From an uncultured Gammaproteobacteria bacterium (GTDB lineage Bacteria > Pseudomonadota > Gammaproteobacteria > JBBQDK01), in contig CAVZVG010000006.1 in the NCBI GenBank assembly GCA_963778665.1, positions 396,358 to 460,357 of the forward strand: 64,000 bases of DNA. Direction: 5' to 3'. Shown here in pieces: positions 42,569-52,885 of the stretch. Positions within the stretch are counted from its first letter, which is position 1, and the number at the start of each line of letters is the position of its first letter. The notes beneath the pieces were generated by a model. That model was not told the origin of the DNA. It did no database searches and saw nothing but the letters and a program-made list of their open reading frames with translations. The position numbers were made by a program, and so were the translations under genes.

Positions 42569-44337
42569 CAACACCATCCGATCCGGCTGCGGCACCGCAA
42601 GAGTACGCCCTGGAGCTGCGGCAGGTCAGTCGCGCGTTCGTCACCGGACAACGCCGCGTCACCGCTTTGGACGACGTCAGTTTGCGCGTGCAGCACGGTC
42701 GGGTCACGGGGCTGATCGGACCTGACGGCGCCGGCAAGACCACCTTGATGCGTTTGGCCGCCGGCCTGCTCATTCCGGACAGCGGCAGTCTCAGCGTGCT
42801 CGGCCTGGACACCACCCGCGAAGCACTCGCCGTGCAGTCCAACATCGGCTATATGCCGCAGCGCTTCGGTCTGTACGAAGACCTGAGCGTGCAGGAGAAC
42901 CTCGATCTGTACGCCGACCTGCAAGGCGTACCGCACGCCGAACGCGCGGCACGCTACCGTGAACTGATGCACATGACCGGCCTCGCGCCCTTCACGCGGC
43001 GTCTGGCGGGACGCTTGTCCGGCGGCATGAAACAGAAACTTGGCCTGGCCTGTACTCTGGTGCGTCCGCCGCGGCTGTTGTTGCTCGATGAACCGACGGT
43101 CGGCGTCGACCCGGTGTCGCGCCGCGAGCTGTGGGCCATCGTCTACCGCTTGGTTAAGGAAGAGGCCATGAGCGTGCTGCTCAGCACCGCCTACCTGGAC
43201 GAAGCCGAGCGCTGCGGCGAGGTGATCCTGCTGCACGAAGGCCACGTACTGTGGACCGGCGTGCCGCAATCCTTCAGCGAGCGCGTGCAGGGACGCACCT
43301 ATGCCGTATCCGACCCAAAACTCAGCAAGCGCACTGTCCAGGAACGGCTCAGCCGTGCCAGCGATGTACTCGATGCCGTGATCCAGGGCGATCACGTGCG
43401 CGTTGTGATGCACACCGATGCCGCCCCGACGCTCGAGCAACTCCTGCCCGGGGAGCCGGACGCGCAACTGACAGCGGTAGCGCCGCGCTTCGAGGATGCC
43501 TTCATCGACCGCTTGAAATCCGGTCGGACGGACACGGCGCCCGTCGCGCAGACCGCGTCGACGCCGACACCGGCGACAAACGGTCCGGTCATCGAAGTGC
43601 GCAAGGTGCAGCGCCGCTTCGGCGATTTCTACGCGGTCAAGGATGTGAGTTTCGAGGTCCGGCGCGGCGAGGTATTCGGCCTGCTCGGCGCCAACGGCGC
43701 CGGCAAGACCACGACCTTCCGCATGCTCTGCGGCCTACTGCCGGCGAGTGGCGGCGAGTTGCGGGTGGCCGGCCTGGACCTGCGCATCGCCGCGGCGGCG
43801 GCACGGGCACGCATCGGTTATATGTCGCAGAAATTCTCGCTGTACGGTCATCTCACCGTGAACGAAAACCTGGGCTTCTTCGCCAGCTGTTATGGACTCA
43901 ACGGTGAACGGCAGCGGACACGCATCGACTGGGCGCTCGAGGAATTCGAGTTGCAGTCCAGCGCCGATGCGGTCAGCGCCGATCTGTCGCTCGGGTACAA
44001 GCAGCGGCTGGCACTGGCCAGTGCCTTGATGCACGAACCGGAGATCCTGTTTCTCGATGAACCGACGTCGGGCGTAGATCCGCTGGCACGGCGTGAATTC
44101 TGGCAGCGCATCAACGCGCAGGCGGAGCGCGGCGTGACCGTGCTGGTCACCACGCATTTCATGGAAGAGGCCGAGTATTGCGACCGGCTGGCGATCATGG
44201 CCGCCGGCGAGATACTGACACTCGGCACACCGGCAGAGATCAAGGTGGCCGCACGCACCGCTGAAAAGCCCGATCCGACGATGGAAGATGCCTTCATCGA
44301 GCTGATAGAAGCCCACGAACGCACCGAGGCGGCCTGA
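42565..44337 (+). CDS. ABC transporter ATP-binding protein with duplicated ATPase domains (YbhF-like)
   Basis: Two Walker A motifs (GPDGAGKTT, GANGAGKTT), two LSGG signatures (LSGGMKQK, and the variant LSLGYKQR) and two Walker B motifs (LLLDEPT, LFLDEPT). Confidence 0.93.
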   Translation: MTTPSDPAAAPQEYALELRQVSRAFVTGQRRVTALDDVSLRVQHGRVTGLIGPDGAGKTTLMRLAAGLLIPDSGSLSVLGLDTTREALAVQSNIGYMPQRFGLYEDLSVQENLDLYADLQGVPHAERAARYRELMHMTGLAPFTRRLAGRLSGGMKQKLGLACTLVRPPRLLLLDEPTVGVDPVSRRELWAIVYRLVKEEAMSVLLSTAYLDEAERCGEVILLHEGHVLWTGVPQSFSERVQGRTYAVSDPKLSKRTVQERLSRASDVLDAVIQGDHVRVVMHTDAAPTLEQLLPGEPDAQLTAVAPRFEDAFIDRLKSGRTDTAPVAQTASTPTPATNGPVIEVRKVQRRFGDFYAVKDVSFEVRRGEVFGLLGANGAGKTTTFRMLCGLLPASGGELRVAGLDLRIAAAAARARIGYMSQKFSLYGHLTVNENLGFFASCYGLNGERQRTRIDWALEEFELQSSADAVSADLSLGYKQRLALASALMHEPEILFLDEPTSGVDPLARREFWQRINAQAERGVTVLVTTHFMEEAEYCDRLAIMAAGEILTLGTPAEIKVAARTAEKPDPTMEDAFIELIEAHERTEAA

Positions 44338-45500
44338 TGACGGACACCACCGACAAAACTCATCAAGGCACCGCCGCACGCGGTGGCGGAGCGATGCGTT
44401 TGCGCGGTTTGGTACGCAAGGAGTTTCTGCAGGTGCTGCGCGATCCGAGCAGCATCGCCATCGCCTTTCTGATGCCGGTGGTGCTGCTGTTGTTGTTCGG
44501 TTATGGCGTGTCGCTGGATGCCGAACACGTGCCGGTCGCCATCGTGGTCGAACAGCCGAGCGCCGACACGGCGAGCTTCACGGGCGCTTTTCAGCATTCC
44601 CGCTATTTTGCGCCGCTCATGCTGCGCGACCTGCCCAGCGCGGAAGCGGCACTGGCGGCGCATCGCGTCGAAGGCATCGTGCACCTGCGCAGTGATTTCG
44701 CCCGGCAACTGCGTCGCTCCGACGGCGCGCCGGTGCAGGTGATCGTCAATGGCGTGGATGCCAACACCGGGCGCATCATCATCGGTTATGTCGAAGGCCT
44801 GTGGGGCAACTGGCTGGAGCAATCCAGCAGGGCACGCGGCCATAAACCGGATATCCCCGTGCAAATCGAGCAACGGGTCTGGTTCAACAGCGAACTGCGC
44901 AGCCGCAACTTCCTGGTACCGGGTCTGATCGCGGTGATCATGACGCTGATCGGCGCACTGCTGACGGCCATGGTGATGGCGCGCGAATGGGAACGCGGCA
45001 CGATGGAGGCGCTGATGGTCACCCCGGTGGCGATGCGCGAAGTGCTGATCGGCAAGATCATTCCCTATTTCGTACTGGGCATGGGCGGCATGATCCTGAC
45101 CGTGATCATGGCGACATGGCAGTTCGAAGTGCCGCTGCGCGGGTCCGTGTGGGTGCTGCTGGCGGCCTCGGCGCTGTTCCTGCTGGTGGCGCTGGGCATG
45201 GGTCTGCTGATCTCCATCGTCGCCAAGAATCAGTTCGTCGCCGGCCAGATCGCCGTGATCGTCACCTTCCTGCCGGCCTTCATCCTGTCGGGTTTCATCT
45301 TCGATATCGCCAGCACGCCGACGGTCGTGCAGTTCATCACCCATATCATCGCGGCGCGTTATTTCGTGGCCATCCTGCAGACCGTCTTCATGGCCGGCAA
45401 TGTCTGGAGCGTGATTCTGCCGAATGCGCTGGCCCTGGCGCTGATGGCGGGGGTGTTTCTGATGTTGATCCGGCGCCGCGCGCGCAAGCGGCTGGACTAG
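44337..45500 (+). CDS. ABC-2 type transporter permease (YbhS-like)
   Basis: 387 aa with an N-terminal TM segment, a large periplasmic loop and a C-terminal ABC-2 membrane domain. Its start overlaps the ATPase stop by 1 nt. Confidence 0.9.
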   Translation: MTDTTDKTHQGTAARGGGAMRLRGLVRKEFLQVLRDPSSIAIAFLMPVVLLLLFGYGVSLDAEHVPVAIVVEQPSADTASFTGAFQHSRYFAPLMLRDLPSAEAALAAHRVEGIVHLRSDFARQLRRSDGAPVQVIVNGVDANTGRIIIGYVEGLWGNWLEQSSRARGHKPDIPVQIEQRVWFNSELRSRNFLVPGLIAVIMTLIGALLTAMVMAREWERGTMEALMVTPVAMREVLIGKIIPYFVLGMGGMILTVIMATWQFEVPLRGSVWVLLAASALFLLVALGMGLLISIVAKNQFVAGQIAVIVTFLPAFILSGFIFDIASTPTVVQFITHIIAARYFVAILQTVFMAGNVWSVILPNALALALMAGVFLMLIRRRARKRLD

Positions 45501-45509
45501 GGGAAGCGC

Positions 45510-46619
45510 ATGTGGCAACGCATCCTGGCGCTGGTGAAGAAGGAGTTTCTGTCGATCTTCAAGGACAAGAAGAGCCGCTTCGTGATCATCGGCCCGCCGA
45601 TCATCCAGCTGCTGGTATTCGGCTACGCGGCGACCTTCGATCTCAATCATGTCGCGTATGCCATCTACAACGAGGATCATGGTGCGGCATCGCGCCAGTT
45701 GCTGGCGCGCTTTGCAGGCTCGCCGAACTTTCAACTGGTCACGCAACTGCAAAACGAAACGCAGGTCGCACCGCTGATCGATGACAAGCGGGTCCTGCTG
45801 CTGGTGCATTGCGGTCCCCGCTTCAGTGCCGATCTGGCGCGCGGCCGGCCGGCCAAGCTGCAGCTGATCGTCGACGGGCGCGACTCCAATACGGCGCTGC
45901 TGGTGCTGAATTACGCGCGCGGCATCGTCACGCAATTCAATCAGGACTGGGCCCGCGATCACGGCCGCAGCCTGCCACCCATCCGTCTCGAGACGCGCGC
46001 CTGGTACAACCCCAATCTGGTGAGCCGCTGGTTCATCGTCCCGGGCATCGTCGGTCTCCTGACACTGGTGGTGACCTTGCTGGTGACGGCACTGTCGGTC
46101 GCGCGCGAACGCGAGCAAGGCACCTTCGATCAGCTGCTGGTGACGCCGCTGCGTCCGGTGGAAATCCTGATCGGCAAGGCGCTGCCGGGTTTCATCATCG
46201 GACTGGCCGAGGCCTCGGTCATCATCTTTCTCGCCGTGAACTGGTTCCATGTCCCCCTGCTGGGACATCTGGCGACCTTGTACCTCGGTCTGGCCTTGTT
46301 CCTGCTGTCGGCGATCGGCGTGGGCCTCATGATCTCCTCGCTGGCCGTGACCCAGCAGCAGGGCTTGCTGGGTGCCTTCCTGTTTCTGGTGCCCTCCATC
46401 ATTCTCTCGGGCTTCGCCACGCCGATCGCGAACATGCCCACGGCGGTGCAGTACCTGACCTTCATCAACCCGATGCGTTATTTCATGGTGGTGCTGCGCG
46501 GCCTGTTTCTGGAAGACACGCCGTTTGCGCTGCTGGTGCAGCAGTTCTGGCCGATGGCGCTGATCGGCCTGGTGACCCTGGCACTGGCCGGCTGGCTGTT
46601 CCGCCATCGTATGTATTGA
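45510..46619 (+). CDS. ABC-2 type transporter permease (YbhR-like)
   Basis: 369 aa, a paralogue of the preceding permease (MWQRILALVKKEFLSIFKDKKSRF...). Confidence 0.9.
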   Translation: MWQRILALVKKEFLSIFKDKKSRFVIIGPPIIQLLVFGYAATFDLNHVAYAIYNEDHGAASRQLLARFAGSPNFQLVTQLQNETQVAPLIDDKRVLLLVHCGPRFSADLARGRPAKLQLIVDGRDSNTALLVLNYARGIVTQFNQDWARDHGRSLPPIRLETRAWYNPNLVSRWFIVPGIVGLLTLVVTLLVTALSVAREREQGTFDQLLVTPLRPVEILIGKALPGFIIGLAEASVIIFLAVNWFHVPLLGHLATLYLGLALFLLSAIGVGLMISSLAVTQQQGLLGAFLFLVPSIILSGFATPIANMPTAVQYLTFINPMRYFMVVLRGLFLEDTPFALLVQQFWPMALIGLVTLALAGWLFRHRMY

Positions 46620-46636
46620 AATGCTCAGTCGGATAT

Positions 46637-47825
46637 TCAGTCGGATCGGACAGTCCCGCGCATACCAATCGAGAACACCGCCGCGCCGGCCAGCAGGATC
46701 GCCGCCAGCATGGTGAAGGCGCTGGTGTAACCGTAGGCGCCGACCACCCACCCGGTCAGCACCGGACCCAGCGCCTGGCCGATATCCATCACCGTCGCCA
46801 TCACGCCCAAGGATGCACCGTACGCGCCATGCTGCGTGAGGTCGGCCACCAGCGCCCTGGTGGATGAGGTCACCGTGGCGAAACCAATGCCATAGACAAG
46901 GCTGAGCAATGCCAAGCCCGGGAAAGCTGCTGATGTGCGGCAGGATCAGCAGACTGAGGCTGCCGATCAGCAGGCCGGGCAGGATCACCTGCGTCCGGCC
47001 GATACGGTCCGACAGACGACCCATGAGCGGTTTGGCAACGACGATACACAGCAACTGCGCACCCAGGATCACGCCGATCCGCCAGGGCGAAAGACCTTGA
47101 GCGGCGGCGTACAAGACCAGGAAGGCCTCCAGCGCGCCGAAGGTCAGATATTGCGCAGCCTCGCTCAGGCTGGCCGCGACGATACGCCGGTCGCGCAACA
47201 CCGGCCGCAGACTGGCGATCAGGCTAGTGCGGGGATTGGCCGCCGGTGTCGTTGCGGCTGCCTTGCGCTCACCGTCCCCGTCGCGCAAGCTCAGTCCCAC
47301 GGCCAGCGCCAAGGCCCCGCCCACCGCGCAGACCAGATAAACCGCACGGATACCGGCCAGCGACAACAATGCACCGCCCACAAACGGCGCGAGGGAACGG
47401 CCGACAATCGTCGCCGATGAAAATTCAGACAGACGCGCCGCACGATCGCGCTGGTAGCGCTGCGCAATCGCCGCACTCGCCACGGTGCCGAACACGGCGG
47501 TCGCGAAGCCGTGATAAAAACGCACCGCTGCCAACTGCCAGGCGGTGTGCACGAGCAGATACAGCCAGGGCGCGCTGGCGAAGATGAACAAGGCCGCGAC
47601 CAGCAGGCGCCGCTGCCCGAAGCGATCGGACAGCACGCCGGCGGGAAAACTCATCAGAATCCCCGGCACTGTCGAGGCCATGATGATCCAGCCGATCTGT
47701 CCCGGATTCGCACCGAGCGACTGTGCGAACAAGGGCAGCACCGGCGACTTGGACAAGGTGGAACTGAAGATCGCCAAGGCGCCGCACAGTGCCAGCAGGA
47801 AGAAAAAGGACAGCGCGTTGCGCAT
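46637..47825 (-). pseudogene. MFS transporter with an apparent 1-nt frameshift at the CCCGGG/AAA run 46917-46925
   Basis: The N-terminal roughly 300 codons are the first part of the 1326-aa track ORF (MRNALSFFFLLALCGALAIF...GVLSDRFGQRRLL...HISSFPGLG). The C-terminal 92 codons are ORF 46637..46915 (ALLSLVYGIGFATVTSS...). Removing one base in ttcccggg gives ...HISSFPGLALLSLVYGIGFA... Confidence 0.8.
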
Positions 47826-47903
47826 GCGGTATCGGGATCGTCCGTCTTGAGGGAGATGCGAGTCTAGCACTGCCGAAGCGTGTTCAACGTGCGCGGTCGC
47901 GCA

Positions 47904-49706
47904 TCACAACTGCCTGCCGATATGCGCCAGCATCTGCCGAGGCAGATTGCTGTGCTCAACGATATCCTGCCAGGTCACGACGCCGAGAACGTCTTCGGCG
48001 CTTTCAAGCTGGCCCTCTTGGGTGATCAGCGCAACATCCCTGTCTTCGGCGCGCATCGTCGCCAGAACATCGAAGAGCTGGGCATCGGCACGCGTCACGA
48101 CAAACGGAGCGCCTTGAATGTCGCCGATTCTGAGCGCGATGTCCTTGCTTTTGCGCTTGAGCTGCAATCGCACCCGATAGGACGGCAGCACAGCGCTCAA
48201 CTTATCGCCATCGACCACCAGCACATGCGGGACGGGCCGACCCGGCCTGATCACGGCGAGCAGGCTCGATATATCGGCATCGATGGACGCGCGCTGCATT
48301 GGCATATTGATAAAGTCGATGGCCGTGCGCAGCATGTAGAGACTGGTCTGCATGGATGCGGGCATGAAATGTTCACGGCGCGTCAGCTTCGCGGTGTAGA
48401 TGCTGTCGGCAAACAGCAGACTGCGTGTACCGTAGGCGAACGCCACGCCGAGTATCACCGGAATGATGACGTTGTAATCACGGGTCATCTCGAAGATCAT
48501 CACGATGGCCGTGAGGACGGCGCCCGTGACGGCGCCGACCAGGCAGGCCATACCGATGATCGCCGTGCCCGGCACATCCAGGTGCAGTCCAGGCGCGACC
48601 CGACTCAGCAACAACGCGAACGCCGCACCCAGCACCGCACCCATGAACAGCGAGGGCGAGAAGACTCCGCCTGATCCACCGGAACCGAGTGTCAGTGAGG
48701 TCGCGACGAGCTTGGTGACGAATAGCAAAATCATGAAGCCGGGATCGGTGAGCAGTCCGGTGAGTGCATCCTGAACCGTGGCGTAGCCGATGCCCGCGAT
48801 GTAGTAATGCCCCGTGTAGCGCATCGACAGTGTCATCATCAGACCCACCAACAACATGCCGCTGATATGACGCGTGTAATAGTTGCCTGGCATGCGTTCG
48901 AAAAGATCTTCGCACGCATACAAGGACCGGATATAGAGCACCGCCACCAATCCCATCAATACGCCGAGAACTACGTAGGCCAGATACGCCAGAGGCGGTA
49001 AGGCGTGCACGACCGGAATCGCCAGAGCCGGAATATCGAAGGAAGGAAAATTGCCGAACGCCACCCGGCCAATGAAGCTGGCCCCGCCGGTGGCGATTGC
49101 CACCGGCACCAGTGTGCGCGCACTCACCTCCGGCAGGATCAACTCGATGGCGAACAACATGCCGCCGATGGGAGTATTGAAAGTGGCGGCGATACCGCCA
49201 CCGGCGCCGCAGGCGACCAGTGTCAGCCGCTGCCACTCGGGCATGCGGATCATCTGTCCAAGCACGGAGCCGAATGCCGATCCGATCTGGATGATGGGAC
49301 CTTCGCGCCCCACCGAACCACCCGATCCGATGGTAATCGACGACGCCAGGGCCTTGATCAGAACCACGATCGGGCGAATGACGCCGCGGTGATAGTACAC
49401 CGCGTCCATCACCTCCGGCACGCCGTGCCCTTTGGCCTCCGGCGCGAGATTCTTTACCAGCAGCACCACCAGCACGGCACCGATAACGGGAGCCAGGATT
49501 ATCCAGACGCCCCACGGACCCGATGCCGTATGCGCGTTGGCATTGTAGAGAAGCGAGAATTCGCCGAGAAAGAAAATGTTGTGGAACAGCGCGATCATCG
49601 CCCGAAAAATCACCGCACCCAGACCCGCGATACCGCCCACAGCCACCGCCAACAGTGCCAGTCGGAACGGTGAGCTTTCATTTGACCATTGCGCAGTCAT
49701 CGACAT
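47904..49706 (-). CDS. ClC-family chloride channel / H+-Cl- exchanger with a C-terminal CBS pair
   Basis: 600 aa with the selectivity motifs GSGGSVGREGP and GGIATFNTPIGG, about 10 or more TM helices and a C-terminal CBS-like region. Confidence 0.92.
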   Translation of the reverse strand: MSMTAQWSNESSPFRLALLAVAVGGIAGLGAVIFRAMIALFHNIFFLGEFSLLYNANAHTASGPWGVWIILAPVIGAVLVVLLVKNLAPEAKGHGVPEVMDAVYYHRGVIRPIVVLIKALASSITIGSGGSVGREGPIIQIGSAFGSVLGQMIRMPEWQRLTLVACGAGGGIAATFNTPIGGMLFAIELILPEVSARTLVPVAIATGGASFIGRVAFGNFPSFDIPALAIPVVHALPPLAYLAYVVLGVLMGLVAVLYIRSLYACEDLFERMPGNYYTRHISGMLLVGLMMTLSMRYTGHYYIAGIGYATVQDALTGLLTDPGFMILLFVTKLVATSLTLGSGGSGGVFSPSLFMGAVLGAAFALLLSRVAPGLHLDVPGTAIIGMACLVGAVTGAVLTAIVMIFEMTRDYNVIIPVILGVAFAYGTRSLLFADSIYTAKLTRREHFMPASMQTSLYMLRTAIDFINMPMQRASIDADISSLLAVIRPGRPVPHVLVVDGDKLSAVLPSYRVRLQLKRKSKDIALRIGDIQGAPFVVTRADAQLFDVLATMRAEDRDVALITQEGQLESAEDVLGVVTWQDIVEHSNLPRQMLAHIGRQL

Positions 49707-49738
49707 CCTTTAAGAGCGCCTAACAAAATGGACATACG

Positions 49739-49812
49739 CCGCAGAGGCACAGAGGACACAGAGAGTGATTGGATGTCAGCATACAACTCTAGTTACCTCT
49801 GCGCCTCTGCGG
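49739..49812. repeat. 17-bp inverted repeat (ccgcagaggcacagagg / cctctgcgcctctgcgg), REP-like family C
   Basis: The arms at 49739-49755 and 49796-49812 match at 16 of 17 positions when reverse-complemented, with a 40-nt spacer. They lie in the ClC/dienelactone-hydrolase intergenic region. A second small hairpin, gtaaaaa-cgc-tttttac, follows at 49812-49828. Confidence 0.7.
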
Positions 49813-49853
49813 TAAAAACGCTTTTTACTCGATGTTCCAATCAGACAGATATA

Positions 49854-50675
49854 TCAACCGATGCCATGCGCGCCGAACCAAGCCAGCAAGCGGCGCCAAC
49901 CGTCCTGCGCGTCCGCTGCACGATAGCCTGGTCGGTAATCGGCGAAGAATGCGTGCGGCGCATCGGGATAGATCACGATGTTCGAAGGACTGTGGGCGGT
50001 AGCCAACGCCGCCTGCATGCGCGCAATGCTTTCCAAAGGAATGCCCTGGTCGGCACCGCCATAGAGCCCCAACACCGGCGCATGCAATCGAGTCGCAATG
50101 TCGATAGGCTGCCGCGGCTGTCGTTCCGTGTGCTCGCCTTCCAGACGCCCGTACCAAGCCACCCCGGCCTTGATGGCCGGGCTATGGGCACAGTACAGCC
50201 ACGTGATACGGCCGCCCCAGCAGAAACCCGTGATGCCGAGCCTGTCGGTATCCGCCTTATCCTGCCGTTGCAGCCAGGCCAGCGTCGCGTCGAGATCGGC
50301 CAGGACCTGCCGATCGGTGACCTTGTTGACCACGTGTGACATGATCTCGCCGATATCGGTCATGCTCGCCACGTCGCCCTGACGTGCGAACAAGTCCGGC
50401 GCTATTGCGAGATAACCGAGCTTTGCCAGCCTGCGGCACACATCCTTGATGTGTTCGTGGACGCCGAAGATCTCCTGCACCACCAATATCACGGGAAACA
50501 CGCCATTGCCGGCGGGCTGCGCCTGATATCCCGGCAGTTCGCCATCCTGCACAGGAATACTTACGGTGGCGGCGTCAATGCCGGCAGTGTCGGTGCTGAT
50601 CGTCTGCACCGATGGCTGCACCGCCTTCGCATAGCCGGTAGTGATCGGTGTGGCCGCATCTGCGGAATATTTCAT
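49854..50675 (-). CDS. Dienelactone hydrolase family protein
   Basis: PVILVVQEIFGVHEHIKDVCRRLAKLGYLAIAPDLF...GFCWGG...DAPHAF are the alpha/beta-hydrolase DLH blocks. The start is set at MKYSADA (ATG 50675); the ORF is open to 50777. Confidence 0.88.
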   Translation of the reverse strand: MKYSADAATPITTGYAKAVQPSVQTISTDTAGIDAATVSIPVQDGELPGYQAQPAGNGVFPVILVVQEIFGVHEHIKDVCRRLAKLGYLAIAPDLFARQGDVASMTDIGEIMSHVVNKVTDRQVLADLDATLAWLQRQDKADTDRLGITGFCWGGRITWLYCAHSPAIKAGVAWYGRLEGEHTERQPRQPIDIATRLHAPVLGLYGGADQGIPLESIARMQAALATAHSPSNIVIYPDAPHAFFADYRPGYRAADAQDGWRRLLAWFGAHGIG

Positions 50676-50864
50676 CGTTGTCGTTACCTGTGGGACCGAT
50701 TCTGCCTTTCGATCGAAACCGGTATCCGGGTGTATCGATGCCTGGCCAGGGAATTGCCGGATAAACCCGGCAAGCAATGGTTTTCACAATATCCACCCGA
50801 CTCGGCCCTCGTTACAAAGCATGGGTTAATATCATGCACACTGCAACTTCGAGGATTCCCGCTC

Positions 50865-51524
50865 ATGTCACTCTGGTGGAATGCCATTCCGGCGCTGAAG
50901 GATATTCAGGACCCTCAGTGGCGAGCACTGATGAGCCAAGTGCGCGAAGTCGACATCCCACCCGGCGAGCCCGTGTTTCGCGCGGGCGATGTCTGTCGCA
51001 ATTTTCTCTTGGTACTCGAAGGGTCAGTGCGCGTCGAGAAACTCGCGGAGAACGGACGCGAGATAGTGCTCTACCGCGTCGGCCGCGGCGAAACCTGCCT
51101 GCTCACCACCAGTTGCCTATTCGCCAAGGAACGCTATCCGGCGTACGGCGTCACGGAGACCGGGGTGCGCGCGGTGGCGCTGCCGGACACCCTTTTCAAC
51201 GAGGCACTCGCTCTCAGCGCCGAGTTTCGCAGCTTCGTGTTCGCGGCATTCGGCGCACGCCTGACCGAACTCATGGCGTTGGTCGAGGCGATCGCCTTCG
51301 GGCGCGGTGATGTACGCCTGGCGCACCGCTTGCTCGAATTGGGCAGCGCGTCGGACGAAGTCGTCACGACCCATCAACAGCTTGCCGCCGAACTCGGCAC
51401 CGCACGTGAAGTGGTCTCGCGATTTCTCAAGGAATTCGAGCACCGAGGACTTGTGCGATTGGCACGCGGACGCATCGTGATCGTTGACCGCGCCGCGCTG
51501 GAGGCGTTCGCGGCGCCTGTGTGA
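50865..51524 (+). CDS. Crp/Fnr family transcriptional regulator
   Basis: It has a cNMP-binding-like beta-roll (GEPVFRAGDVCRNFLLVLEGSVRVEK...GRGETC) and a C-terminal HTH (THQQLAAELGTAREVVSRFLKEFEHRGLV). There is no N-terminal Fnr Cys cluster. The start is at MSLWWN. Confidence 0.88.
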   Translation: MSLWWNAIPALKDIQDPQWRALMSQVREVDIPPGEPVFRAGDVCRNFLLVLEGSVRVEKLAENGREIVLYRVGRGETCLLTTSCLFAKERYPAYGVTETGVRAVALPDTLFNEALALSAEFRSFVFAAFGARLTELMALVEAIAFGRGDVRLAHRLLELGSASDEVVTTHQQLAAELGTAREVVSRFLKEFEHRGLVRLARGRIVIVDRAALEAFAAPV

Positions 51525-51595
51525 CATCGTCACAGACACCTCCTCTCCGCTGTGTTGCAATGCTCTCAGGTTAACAAGCAAACGGAGCAACTATC

Positions 51596-51784
51596 ATGTT
51601 CAAGAATGTCGGCGGAATTGATCGCGCAGTGCGCATCGTGGCGGGGCTTGCCATCCTGAGTCTCGTGTTCATCGGACCTCAGACGGCCTGGGGTTATATC
51701 GGTCTGGTACTGTTGGCAACCGGCTTGATCGGTTGGTGCCCGGCGTACATGCCCTTTGGCATCAAAACCTGCAAAACAAATTGA
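51596..51784 (+). CDS. DUF2892 (YgaP-like) small membrane protein
   Basis: MFKNVGGIDRAVRIVAGLAILSL...GLIGWCPAY is the characteristic DUF2892 pattern. This is the last GC-rich core gene before the island. Confidence 0.8.
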   Translation: MFKNVGGIDRAVRIVAGLAILSLVFIGPQTAWGYIGLVLLATGLIGWCPAYMPFGIKTCKTN

Positions 51785-52509
51785 GCCAGTCAACTTACGT
51801 CAACGTCGACGCATGACAGATCATCGCGCCGAATCGTCAACTCACATTGACTGCGATATTGTTTATTGCCAGTGAGCTGATTGAAACGGTTGGTCAGCGA
51901 CTCGCAGAATTTGCGAGTCGCGCGTTGCGCGTTGTCCGATTAGAGTATTGCCGGACCACGGCTCGCGATGCCATTGAGCATATGAAATCGTGGGCACGCG
52001 ATGGGCACGGCGCAGGGCCGATGCAGGGATGTCGGCTCCCAAGGACTTGATTGAATGGCGCGCCCGACAGGATGAATCTGGGCACTGGGTCCATCACATT
52101 AACTTGCTGTAATGTGACCCGATTGATTTACCCACCCCCCGTCATGCATTGAGCTTACCCCAGGTGCCTCCAGCCACTGCGGATAATGCAGCGCTATAGT
52201 AGTTAAGTCGGCCGTGTCAGCTTGCTGCGCTGGTTAGCGTACAAGAAGGATAAAGGCCCTTTTCTCCGAAAACCACCGGCCATTTTCCGAGTGCAGACGC
52301 ACGTGATCATACGCATCGCGGACCGTACCTACCCGAGTTTCAGTAAAAATTCGTTAGTGATACCGAAATCAGCACACCGGCGAGCGGTTTTCGTTGGCGG
52401 GATGCCACTCGCCTGAGGGTGCGCACGAAAACATCCGTGCTGATGTCTCGTAAGGCATAGCTTCCGTGCATTGAGTACGATGCCGCAGGCCTAACACACC
52501 GCCGCGCCA

Positions 52510-52680
52510 TGGCCCTCTCTCTTGAGGACCATACTTATCAATCGACAAGTCGTGATGAAGTCATGGCCCGCGCCTACCTTTCTGGTGACTAATAAGATGA
52601 GAGAGATCGCGGATCACTTTGGTATTCACTACATGACGGTCAGCAGAGCCGTTAGACGCAAGAGCGGCATGTTTGTATGA
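52510..52680 (+). pseudogene. Remnant of a transposase-associated C-terminal HTH (IS200-like/COG1943 proteins with a DnaA-C-like tail)
   Basis: Translation gives ...ALSLEDHTYQSTSRDEVMARAYLSGD, two stops and a +1 shift, then MREIADHFGIHYMTVSRAVRRKSGMFV*. The ...eIAdhfGvHYsTVSR... tail is typical of those transposases (from memory). I see no Y1 catalytic domain upstream. Confidence 0.45.
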
Positions 52681-52885
52681 ATGTGAGATCCGACCCTCAG
52701 TTCCCGAGAGAGTTTAACGATTACAACTGGTTACCCAAGCCGGGTGGTTCGGATTTGAGGATTTGCGATTCCTGCCGATACCAGAAGTGCAGGCAAAGGC
52801 ACTCGCCTTACATAACGTGATCGGCATGCGCTCTAGTCACTGCCGGCTGCGATTACTCAATCTTTACCTTTACAGGGGAAGACCT

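Noticed and set aside
43890-47870. A 1326-aa minus-strand ORF, the longest in the track.
   Set aside because: Only its first roughly 300 codons (47825 down to about 46920) are a real MFS gene. The remainder is antisense to the well-supported ABC ATPase and permease genes. It is Arg/His/Gln/Asp-rich low-complexity sequence, typical of stop-free antisense frames in GC-rich DNA.
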